From IMG/VR virus record IMGVR_UViG_3300020473_001965, positions 171,673 through 235,672 of that record: DNA of 64,000 bases. One strand, 5' to 3'. Made by a program: the position numbers and the translations under genes. The notes under the pieces are model-generated. The model worked only from the letters and a program-made list of their open reading frames with translations, did not search any database and had not been told where the DNA came from. Of the stretch, positions 56,301 to 64,000 are shown piece by piece (within the stretch, counting starts at the first letter, position 1; every line of letters begins with the position of its first letter).

Positions 56301-57801
56301 TGGCACATACTGTCGCGGTGAGTAGTGATTGCATAAATTCCCTGGCAAAGTCAGCGTAACCACTAACATCAAATGCTCCAGATTCAATTATGTGATCTGC
56401 CAGAGCTACTGCCCCGGGGGCGTGAATATCATCTCCATCTCGAGATCGAACATACGAAGACTCAAAAGGTAGGCATGATACTCCCTCGTCTTCCGATACT
56501 AATCGAAGAGCACTTGAAGCGCCTTCAAGCCCTGCGTCTTCGTCTAGATAGTCGGCAGGTGAACCAAAGGTATGACTAAAAAACTCTTGAGGCCCCGGAA
56601 CAACACCGATACGATCTACAAGCTTATCATGCACTACAGGTAAGGCTCTAGCAATAGAATACTTCGACTCTAGTGAAATAGCGTTTACTAAAACTCTTAT
56701 CTTGTCTGTATCGTCATCAGGCAATTCACTTAATTTGTCTTTGTAATTTTCAAATGGATCCATCTCACTGTTAGCGTCAATAGTAAATGTTACTGCGCCG
56801 ATGCCGCCCGATTTCACAGTTTCATCCACATTAAACGGATGAGAATCTGATGCCCTTACCTTCGCATTCTTATCTACAAGGACTGGAGAGTGATGTTCAA
56901 GTGTGTTCTTAACGTCTTGCAATATCTGGGCGATGACTTTTGTGTTGCTGAAGTTCACATAGTTTGATTTAGAATATCCTGTCTGAGTCAGCAATTCTGC
57001 TGCTGTTCCCACAGTTTGGGGCGCTGACTTTGCTCTCTTTAATGCTCTTGAAGCGTTATTAACCCGTGTTGCATAAAAGTCAGAATCCCCGCCTGAAATC
57101 CTTGCAGCATCAGCCTTCATTTTAGCATTGTCAAGTCTTTTTTGTGCCCTGCTTATTCTCATCATTCTTCGACGAGCTACGGCGGCGTTATATCTTCCTA
57201 CAATCCGCTCCAGCTGGGGTTTTGCATCTAACATATACTTTGTATAGTTTACACGACGCATGATTCTTCCCAAATCATGTACGTGCGTCTTTGTTTCAGC
57301 AATCACACTGTCATACTCTTCAAGTATTCTATCTATTTCATCTGCTAGTGCATCGTTCTCTTTTAGCCTATCTAAGATCTCACCGTTATTGTCAAGGTAG
57401 GTCTGTCGGAGGCTTTTTTGTGCTTCTAAGACATCATGAATTCTACCGATTTTGGTTCTTCCATTAGATCCGTAAGCGGGTTGGAAATTCATTTGAAAAA
57501 TAATTTCAGGACGTAGTTTTGACACACCTCTTGACTCAAGATAGACATCAGACTTCTTAGATATCTCTAGTTTCTTTCTGTTATGATTAACCCTTTCCTT
57601 TCGTCTTCGATTTCTTCTTGCAAACTTAAATTTTCCATTACGCGTAACCCTTAGCTTGCCTCTTGCCCTCTTGTCTCCGGCAAAAGAACGCATAACTATT
57701 TTTCTCTGAGTTTTTCTGGCTCTTTTCTTTCGTCTTCTAGATCGATTTGACTGTGTGTTGAATTTTACTTTCTTCAACTTTAAAGGCTTTTTGACAGGCA
57801 T
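53383..57801 (-). CDS. large hypothetical protein with Arg/Lys-rich N-terminus
   Basis: 1472 aa, translationally coupled to both neighbours. Confidence 0.6.
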   Translation of the reverse strand: MPVKKPLKLKKVKFNTQSNRSRRRKKRARKTQRKIVMRSFAGDKRARGKLRVTRNGKFKFARRNRRRKERVNHNRKKLEISKKSDVYLESRGVSKLRPEIIFQMNFQPAYGSNGRTKIGRIHDVLEAQKSLRQTYLDNNGEILDRLKENDALADEIDRILEEYDSVIAETKTHVHDLGRIMRRVNYTKYMLDAKPQLERIVGRYNAAVARRRMMRISRAQKRLDNAKMKADAARISGGDSDFYATRVNNASRALKRAKSAPQTVGTAAELLTQTGYSKSNYVNFSNTKVIAQILQDVKNTLEHHSPVLVDKNAKVRASDSHPFNVDETVKSGGIGAVTFTIDANSEMDPFENYKDKLSELPDDDTDKIRVLVNAISLESKYSIARALPVVHDKLVDRIGVVPGPQEFFSHTFGSPADYLDEDAGLEGASSALRLVSEDEGVSCLPFESSYVRSRDGDDIHAPGAVALADHIIESGAFDVSGYADFAREFMQSLLTATVCASTMYYLPGTGGRKSARRPSKLYGDHADFHGDSVLRRMTNTVRWTVADSRRKPERSRIGLISELTERSDRARFCVIQIIKTAYRRELLKQQEALREMLEEDEELKQQLERQGLLAKLANPGPENPVAARMRHMNLRKRSKRPFTIDVNELQTPYECARHIKDLCRILLHRIPSRLMKNGKNTSRVVGGKTGARRGKNKDKDMGPQVKTDSVKAAMDFCDPETELGAFAAVMMRGYRSHLTTAKRRVDPAAFAAARSLGNELNDDVMGARGLLRMATVTAGQLRRKADKNMQKARKMFKLVGKMTPPPPPPHSNMSYPSMSSTSAKIGMAMLFSPGHGTIAKMVNTIGETHRNKALSQYKAADTMEQQAQDRLDLVQQAAKGLRALTMDTVPDIFNAATPENPVRMSRNKGIPEDHFQALYFDACLTIVNQIYESALVKFEKKQESAINGSKIWHRNSMTYFRAGVAASGHISTGIVDWIPIDGQTTDQYDQSHKSDYEEEVYEDAIGFFEGSEDALEEERIFLQQRLRMLRMYGRNLVWEAIRLQRWFDTEGSRRHQKLLNALLNTPGGPVIVAGLNEHQIALKQKQLESIATNTEELKSIPVPHYDRFKFGQSALMDQTLRQRRFRSRRANNLNILCVGLPLGMVKRLQTEMVDDSRRSALYDPYKKDYMIRFRVYKRDQQFDDLVFSHRYYTFCDRYHLSPVDSFDEIRLTDKFSDIVREKLIYQEYDSRGRIGKDGLDYKTMIESDDFKVLPKGANRYAIVRNGIYDQALKYYIRLMTGINIDEQEFFLASAAQPVKSRIDSDKRTKKLLSDVMSIYLTDEDIETEQEYKEHQATIKQIESFCKTTLFRAKNNQHTVLQPTLFDRVYCLPVDPDDFAIDVKKTNSTKSGRRAFRNARRRKAIIRRNGRWYLKPRRKSEGKVSIYEYFVAVEMISASKSESRRGAEEAAVAETPTGTRRRNLFTQFMNGDD

Positions 57802-60344
57802 CAGTAATTTCTCCCTTGTCGTCTTCTCTTAGAGGCAATCCCAGAGGATATTAACTGCCCTATCCGGGTAGTCTCCCCTCTTGTAAAGTCTACGTAAACC
57901 GGCGTCACCTTGAATTCGATAGGGCCGCGAATTCTAGGTGTAAATCTGTCAATTAAAACGTATCGATTTCTACCTGGAATAGATACAGTGTGAAAAATAG
58001 GTAAAGAGGACTTTCTTAACTCGACTGAAACTATAAAGTGATCAATTTTTGAAGCGTCTCCGCGGATTGACCAGGTTAGCTTATTTTCATATCTATTAAT
58101 TTTTTCGACATCTCCCCGCCTTACTTCAGGTAATTGATCTTTGAAGCTTGCATCTATTGTTTTGACCGATCCTGTCTTCGCTGCATTAAAGATCGTATTT
58201 TTTCCAGTATTTCTAGATCTACCTCGGCGAGGTAAAAGCGTACCTGTCCTCAAAGCTTTTCTTGAAAGCTTTTTAGCAATAGCCACCCTGTACTTCCTTT
58301 TAGTTCTTCGATCAGTTCTAACTATTCGAGAGCGCCTCAAGAGCGCAGCCGGGTGTATTCTACACCCTGTAACTACATACCTGTATTCATTTCCGCTCTC
58401 GAGAGGTTTTAATCGACTTGTTCTGGAAAGTCTTCGATCGTCAAAAATAGAACTAGAGGAGGGATCAAATATGTTGAATTGTTCTCTCTCGCCTGTTGTT
58501 AGGTTGAACCTTTCGATCGAAAAGACAGTCAAAAAGTCTGCATTGTCTCTCATTTCTTCATTTTGCTCATCTGTATTGTAAAATCTAGCTGTACCAGACC
58601 TTTTTTGATAACGCTTGAGCATATTTGTAAGATTAGTTCTTCCAGAAGTCTGTGTCTCATCTGTCACTATTTTCATTCTTACGTTTGGAGAGCCATGCTT
58701 AGATATTCTTACATCTTCTAGCTCAAACTCAACTTCAGAATCTAGTTTTTGATACTCAACAAATGCTGTGTCGATTGTCCTTACTTTTAAACCGTCTAGA
58801 AAAGTTAGGTCGACTATGTACTCATAGACCCTACCGTCTCGAACAGAAGTGTCAATAAACTGCATTGACTCACTATCAATAATATGTTCGGGCGTGTCTA
58901 CATCTTTTAATTCTCTAAAAAGTACTTTAAATTTTTTCTCTTTAGCAGACAAGTCTCGTCGAAGAATTGACATTGTTATTGCTGATGTATCGAAATTTTT
59001 AACCTCTATACTTAGCCCATCAACGTCTGGTTGAAGAAATATCGAGCTAAACTTATTTCTAACTGCCCTATTTTCAGTTCCTATTTTACATGGCGGAGCT
59101 ACAACAGATCGAAACCCATAACCTCTTCTTCTACCTCGTACAGGTATTGCTCTATAGATTATTGGATTAGTGTTTTGAACATTATCAACAATTCTTAAGA
59201 ATCTTGTTCCGGTTGTCCTTGATCTTCCTCTCTTTCTAATCCTATATCTTCCTACAAGCTCATAGTCGGAATTGATTAAAATATCAGAATCATTAATAAT
59301 TCTTCTATATACTTCGATTGAATTTGCTTTTTTGTCTCGTTGTCTTATCTCTAAAACATTTTTTCCCGGTACACAATTAACATATCGAATAGAGGGTGCT
59401 CTTCTAGGGTATATGTAATCTGTATAAAACTTTGGATGGTTTAGTCTGTGAACTTCTCTTTGAAGAATTGCCCCTTCGCGATCAAGCAATTCAATAACTA
59501 CTGAAAGTTTTCTAGCTTTTCGAAACACTTTGTTACGAATGTTAATTCTTTTTCTTACAGTTACGTACTGCTTTTTTCGTCTAACAAGGACGGGTATCAG
59601 TTCATTGGGAGGTAACTCTTCTAGAGCAGTTGTGTTGTTTATTTCTGTGAGATCTTTTCTCAACGTCTTGATTATTTTGCTTCGTCGAGCATCTTTCTCC
59701 ATTTTTGCTGTTGTTAAGATACCCGTTATCGCATCATCTTGAGTGTTTATTTTGTCTCTTGACATTACTAAGTTTGCAGGGTCTTCATTGAACTTATTGA
59801 TAGCTTCAAGAGAAAAACTCTGAACGTTTGAGGAGTCTTGAGTGCTTAGGTCTTCTTCAGTTATCAAAGAGTTTACATAGCTTGTCTCTATGTTCTCATC
59901 AAGCAGATCAGAAACTGTCTTAAACTCATAAGTCCTTATATTCGGCAAAAGTGTTATAGCATCTTCTTCATCGAACCTATCAACATATCTTGCAATCTCA
60001 TTATTAAACCTGCTTGTTATGTCGATATGTCTTCGAGCAATTATGTCTCTTCTTCTTGCCCTTATTCTATCTTTAGTCTTTGGCCTATCCACTAAAAGAG
60101 CATCAATGGCAGACGCTGGTGTGAGACCTCCTGGGCCGTCAAATGCGGATTTTCTCTTTTTAGATGTGGGATATCTCAGAGTAATTCTTAGCTTAGATGC
60201 CCTTAGTTTTATGGCTCTTATTTGATTTACTCTGACTGCAAATTCATAGGTAAATCGCCTGCGACGTCTACTATAATTTACTAAGTTGATGAATTCATCA
60301 TCAACATCAATTGCGTCTATTTCTTGTGATGTAAAAGCCTTCAT
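57801..60344 (-). CDS. Arg-rich putative virion protein with FN3-like repeats
   Basis: 847 aa; IEVYRR...YRAIPV, YEYIVDL, YRYVVTG, LTWSI...IDHFIV. Confidence 0.55.
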   Translation of the reverse strand: MKAFTSQEIDAIDVDDEFINLVNYSRRRRRFTYEFAVRVNQIRAIKLRASKLRITLRYPTSKKRKSAFDGPGGLTPASAIDALLVDRPKTKDRIRARRRDIIARRHIDITSRFNNEIARYVDRFDEEDAITLLPNIRTYEFKTVSDLLDENIETSYVNSLITEEDLSTQDSSNVQSFSLEAINKFNEDPANLVMSRDKINTQDDAITGILTTAKMEKDARRSKIIKTLRKDLTEINNTTALEELPPNELIPVLVRRKKQYVTVRKRINIRNKVFRKARKLSVVIELLDREGAILQREVHRLNHPKFYTDYIYPRRAPSIRYVNCVPGKNVLEIRQRDKKANSIEVYRRIINDSDILINSDYELVGRYRIRKRGRSRTTGTRFLRIVDNVQNTNPIIYRAIPVRGRRRGYGFRSVVAPPCKIGTENRAVRNKFSSIFLQPDVDGLSIEVKNFDTSAITMSILRRDLSAKEKKFKVLFRELKDVDTPEHIIDSESMQFIDTSVRDGRVYEYIVDLTFLDGLKVRTIDTAFVEYQKLDSEVEFELEDVRISKHGSPNVRMKIVTDETQTSGRTNLTNMLKRYQKRSGTARFYNTDEQNEEMRDNADFLTVFSIERFNLTTGEREQFNIFDPSSSSIFDDRRLSRTSRLKPLESGNEYRYVVTGCRIHPAALLRRSRIVRTDRRTKRKYRVAIAKKLSRKALRTGTLLPRRGRSRNTGKNTIFNAAKTGSVKTIDASFKDQLPEVRRGDVEKINRYENKLTWSIRGDASKIDHFIVSVELRKSSLPIFHTVSIPGRNRYVLIDRFTPRIRGPIEFKVTPVYVDFTRGETTRIGQLISSGIASKRRRQGRNY

Positions 60345-61279
60345 TATTCAAAAACCAACGTAAACATGTTAACAAAAGTGTACGAATCTTTACTGTCAGG
60401 AAATACTTTTCCTACGAAAAAAACGTGCTTTTCAGGAAAATCTTCATCTCCTGTGACAAATTCTCCAAAATCAATGACATCAAGCTTTTTAAAAGTTGTC
60501 TGGCCGATTTCAAAAAACTGCCCTATTAAATTATTCTCTAGTGACGTTTCATAGAACGTAATAGTTTCTTTCTCCCTTCCCTTAAGCTCAGCAGCTAGAT
60601 CTTCGTACTTCATCATCGGATTTTGACCTAAGTCTGGATAATCTCCAAGAGGTAGTTTGTCACCTACTGTGTTTGTTGCAGCATTTACAGGAGGCAAATA
60701 TAAAAAGTTTGCAACATGAGAAAGGCGTTTATCTTGAAAAAGAGATTCGACATTGTCAATAGAAGTCTCGCTAAGGTCACCTTGCTCAAAAGGTGCGTCA
60801 GGCCTGATGTTGAACTTCATGCTAAGTTTGTCAATATTGAACTTATTATGTCCTAGAAATGCGTTTTTTGTCCCGATAACATTGTTCTTTTCAAAACTGT
60901 CAATTGTTCCAGACAGCATGTCTGAAGCAGCACTATTAAACTGTATTGAATTTTTTACAGCGCTCTGTTTTTTGGTTCCACTTGAACCAGAAAGCACCTT
61001 GCTTCCTAAAGATGCCGCGCCCTCTGCAGAAAAGGGCAGCATAAATCCGCTATCATCTGTCTCAAAAGTTAGCTGATCATGTATTGTATTGGCAGCTTCG
61101 AAGAACAACCTTGACTGTGCGTCAGAAGAGCCACTCACTATATCACGCTCATAAAAAGTATGTGTATCAGTAAATGAAGCGTACTCTATCTTCAATTTTC
61201 CAGCAGCAATCTGCTGTCTCCCACTATAAGTGACAATTGAATCTAGTATTCGTGTCTTTTTATCTAGTATGCCTGACAT
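60344..61279 (-). CDS. virion structural protein, N-terminus paralogous to 50688-51383
   Basis: MSGILDKKTRILDSIVTYSGRQQIAAGKLKIEYASFTD versus MGFLDHSTNNIILDAVLTDTGRKFL. Confidence 0.55.
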   Translation of the reverse strand: MSGILDKKTRILDSIVTYSGRQQIAAGKLKIEYASFTDTHTFYERDIVSGSSDAQSRLFFEAANTIHDQLTFETDDSGFMLPFSAEGAASLGSKVLSGSSGTKKQSAVKNSIQFNSAASDMLSGTIDSFEKNNVIGTKNAFLGHNKFNIDKLSMKFNIRPDAPFEQGDLSETSIDNVESLFQDKRLSHVANFLYLPPVNAATNTVGDKLPLGDYPDLGQNPMMKYEDLAAELKGREKETITFYETSLENNLIGQFFEIGQTTFKKLDVIDFGEFVTGDEDFPEKHVFFVGKVFPDSKDSYTFVNMFTLVFE

Positions 61280-61296
61280 GTTGCCTCAAATTATAA

Positions 61297-62913
61297 CTAT
61301 CCACAGTACAAAAATCCGTACACATCTGTTGCTAATCCTTCAGAATTAAATGAGATGTCTTCCATGGACTTACCTACTGTACTACTCCTAATAATATCGT
61401 CGGATTGCTTCATAAGATAACCAGGTACATCTGATGTTACAAGGAGATCGCCTTTTGAAACACTTCCATTTTGGTTGCAAACTTTAAAACCGGTCAGGAT
61501 CGATTCGGTTTCACCTTCGTTGTGCTGCTTCGTGTCACCAATAGAAGCTACCTTCCAAAGTTTCTTAAACTCAGGAGTTGCTTCCCACTCACCTGATTCA
61601 TTTTGTATCCCCTGGTCTACATAGTTTCCCAATGAGTCTCTTTTTTTCTTTGATTCACTAGGAACGTGATCACCGACATTTCTAAAAACTTCTAGGCCGG
61701 CTTCGTCGCGACGCTTATAGACTTGATACCAAACTATTCCAACAACATCTTTTTGATTTGCCGATGTTGTCTTTACTATCTTTTGGCCGGATAGTGACAC
61801 TGCGTCGCCTGTTTCTAGATCTTGATCAGATGAATAAATGTGGCCTTCCGTAAAAAAAGCGTCTTCAGACACATTACCGTCCAAGTATAGCATATTGCCA
61901 TCGCTGTTTCTTAAGTACGCGATTGTAGAACCACCTACTCCCAGATATATCCTTCCTGCCAAGGACGCGTGTGTACTACCGTAGAAAGAAAGAAAACCTT
62001 GAGTGGCTGAGTTAGATGTTGCAACCCTGAACTGGCCGGCTTCATCATCAGGGCAGGCCATACATAAAATGCTGAAACCGCTGTCTTCGATAACAACTGT
62101 ATTTCCTGTATTTGTCGTATGCCCTGCCGAACCTGATCTTATATGAAGTTTTGCGCCGGCGTTGGGAGAGGTGGTGCCAATGGAAAAAGATCCGTCTTTC
62201 TTAATATTGGCCTTGGAGTCGTTGTTCGTATAGAATCGTAGATCGTGATTTGTTACTGTTCCAATTTGTCCCAATTTTGTGGAGATGGAGTCTCTTGCGT
62301 CAACAAACATTTGGACGTTTCCACTGTAGCGATTTGCAGTCAGTTCAATCCTTGCTCTTTCAACTGCAGAAGTAGTTGCTGATCCGCCGAATTCTGCGCG
62401 GTCGCCAATCCTCAAGTTGCCTCCGTAAACATGAGCAATCGTACTAGGATACACGGTCCCTATTCCGACATACCCATCTTGGGTAATTGTTAGACGAGTA
62501 CTCGATTTGGTCTTGAGATACATTCCATGAGCACCGTTACCCTTGGCATCTATAGCTATCCCATCATTAGCGATTATATGGAGATCGTTTACAAACGTCT
62601 CCAAATACATGTGACTTTGGTTATACTGTAATAGGCAGCCCTTATATTCTCCTCCGTGATTGAATTTTATGACGGATCCGTTGGTTGACTTTCCATTGTT
62701 TAGTTCAAGCCTGCACCAGTCTTGAGAGTCATCTCTTATTGTTAAGTTTGCCTCGTATTTAGAACCTGACACTTTTGCAACTGTGTCCTTGTTGACAGAA
62801 TTGCTCTTTTTTCCTATCAGGGTCTTATGAGGAATTATAACTTTTTTAATATTCCTGTTACTGTCAACTGACTTATGTACTGCCTTTTTCCTATACTCAT
62901 CTTGTGACGACAT
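61297..62913 (-). CDS. tail fibre-like protein with putative C-terminal intramolecular chaperone domain
   Basis: GYVGIGTVYP and GSFSIGTTSP...KLHI fibre repeats; C-terminal GDAV...VVGIV...KGDLLVTSDVPG...TVGK resembles peptidase_G2/IMC-type domains. Confidence 0.55.
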   Translation of the reverse strand: MSSQDEYRKKAVHKSVDSNRNIKKVIIPHKTLIGKKSNSVNKDTVAKVSGSKYEANLTIRDDSQDWCRLELNNGKSTNGSVIKFNHGGEYKGCLLQYNQSHMYLETFVNDLHIIANDGIAIDAKGNGAHGMYLKTKSSTRLTITQDGYVGIGTVYPSTIAHVYGGNLRIGDRAEFGGSATTSAVERARIELTANRYSGNVQMFVDARDSISTKLGQIGTVTNHDLRFYTNNDSKANIKKDGSFSIGTTSPNAGAKLHIRSGSAGHTTNTGNTVVIEDSGFSILCMACPDDEAGQFRVATSNSATQGFLSFYGSTHASLAGRIYLGVGGSTIAYLRNSDGNMLYLDGNVSEDAFFTEGHIYSSDQDLETGDAVSLSGQKIVKTTSANQKDVVGIVWYQVYKRRDEAGLEVFRNVGDHVPSESKKKRDSLGNYVDQGIQNESGEWEATPEFKKLWKVASIGDTKQHNEGETESILTGFKVCNQNGSVSKGDLLVTSDVPGYLMKQSDDIIRSSTVGKSMEDISFNSEGLATDVYGFLYCG

Positions 62914-64000
62914 TAGCCGACGTCCTCTTCAACTATGACAGCTGAATCTAGTATTGAATCATCAAATGGGTAGGGTCTGTTTCTAAACTTGCCGTCTCTG
63001 TCTGCATCAAAGAAGGGAAGAGAGGATGAAGCGACCGGGCTTAAGTTTTGCGAGTATGTTCGAACAGGCTTGATTCTACGATCTGTTATTGTACTTACAA
63101 ATCTGATATGCACTGGACCTCGTGTCACAAAGTTATTTGACCTCCTGCGACGGCGGATCCTAAAAAATAATCTCCTTCGCCTTAATCTAGGGGTTCGGAC
63201 AAAGAATCTTGTGTAAGGTCTTTGTTCAAGCATATCTCTATACTGCCCGTATGTGTCATGTCGATAAACGGCAGTAGTGTTCATCGGTTCAGTATTAATC
63301 AGCCCATACCTGAAACCTGAAGCACCTTTATGCTTTGTCGATCTCCTTATGCATGCCATCGTGCCCGTTGTATGACCCGCTGCGTTGGCTCTGATAAATC
63401 CTAAATATCTGTCGTCGGCTACATGTGGTGCGGCGTCTTTTGGATTGGTTTGGACCGCATCAGAACCATCATTACCTGTCAAGAAACTCTTGTGAAAGCC
63501 GTTGCGGCCGCGTGGATTTGAAGAATTAGAATTTACAAATCTAATTTTAGCATTATCACTATAAGACCCAAAAGGAGTAAATAAAGCATCCTGGGCCGGG
63601 TCGGCACCGATTCTAAATAGCGTTTTTCTTACCTGTTTTGGGTTAGACATGTACATGTTTGGTTGGCGGGCTCCAAGTGAACCTGCTTTTGCTGTTGACC
63701 TTATATCAGTTCCCGAGTAGACTGTCAACATGTATCTTTGAGGTTTAGCTATTCTCCTTGGGCTCATCTCAAAAGGAAATGCCAGAGATCCTGAGTACTG
63801 CCCTTCGTTGATATAGGAAGCTGTAGAGGCACCTAGTGATTGAGACGTAATTTTACTATGTGGATCGTCAGGGCCTTCGATATAATTGTAATGCTCGCCG
63901 CGGATTACTTCAACACCGTTAGGGCTTCGAGATATACCGTCTTTAGGACCCTTGGCATTTGTAAGAATAGAAGATCCTCTTACCCAACCTGCACGATCAG
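62913..64000 (-). CDS. hypothetical virion protein, 5' end beyond the window
   Basis: the frame of track ORF 62913-63767 stays open to position 63998 (DRAGWVRGSSILTN...AFPFE-MSPRR), so the gene is partial. Confidence 0.7.
   Translation of the reverse strand, partial: DRAGWVRGSSILTNAKGPKDGISRSPNGVEVIRGEHYNYIEGPDDPHSKITSQSLGASTASYINEGQYSGSLAFPFEMSPRRIAKPQRYMLTVYSGTDIRSTAKAGSLGARQPNMYMSNPKQVRKTLFRIGADPAQDALFTPFGSYSDNAKIRFVNSNSSNPRGRNGFHKSFLTGNDGSDAVQTNPKDAAPHVADDRYLGFIRANAAGHTTGTMACIRRSTKHKGASGFRYGLINTEPMNTTAVYRHDTYGQYRDMLEQRPYTRFFVRTPRLRRRRLFFRIRRRRRSNNFVTRGPVHIRFVSTITDRRIKPVRTYSQNLSPVASSSLPFFDADRDGKFRNRPYPFDDSILDSAVIVEEDVG

Noticed and set aside
62913-63767. 284-aa complete gene as in the track
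   Set aside because: Frame is open to the window edge with no SD before the internal ATG; treated as a partial gene
1-64000. Stop-codon reassignment as in some jumbo phages
   Set aside because: Core genes are full length in code 11, and TAA, TAG and TGA all end genes at sensible places
1-64000. tRNA, rRNA, CRISPR array, intron, intein or transposase
   Set aside because: None seen by eye; coding density leaves little room; terminase, primase and portal cores show no intein-sized insertions. tRNAscan/Infernal were not run

Overview
64 kb of a T4-related (gp23-type capsid) jumbo myophage genome; every credible gene is on the minus strand and the standard genetic code fits. In transcription order (right to left): a block of large fibre/baseplate-like virion genes (46.1-64 kb); RuvC-like resolvase, primase and a fused SbcD-SbcC (gp47-gp46) nuclease-ATPase; head module (terminase, portal, prohead protease, ribosomal protein bS21, scaffold, major capsid protein); sulfotransferase, K/T-rich basic protein and a decoration-like gene; neck gp13/gp14/gp15-like genes; two tandem tail sheaths, tube, tail-assembly chaperone, tape measure, tube-initiator-like, LysM and hub proteins; then a minimal family A DNA polymerase, a degenerate HD protein and a gp32-like SSB cut by the left edge. 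No tRNA, rRNA, CRISPR array or mobile element was recognised by eye. Best leads: a probable programmed +1 (or -2) frameshift at a U7 run in the tail chaperone; a recurring ATANTTA promoter-like motif before virion genes versus sigma70-like, often leaderless, promoters before non-virion genes, together with a phage bS21; a tail-collar-like domain apparently split across separate genes; protamine-like Arg tracts in virion proteins; and a structured leader on a monocistronic decoration-like gene. All family assignments come from motif recognition, not database searches.
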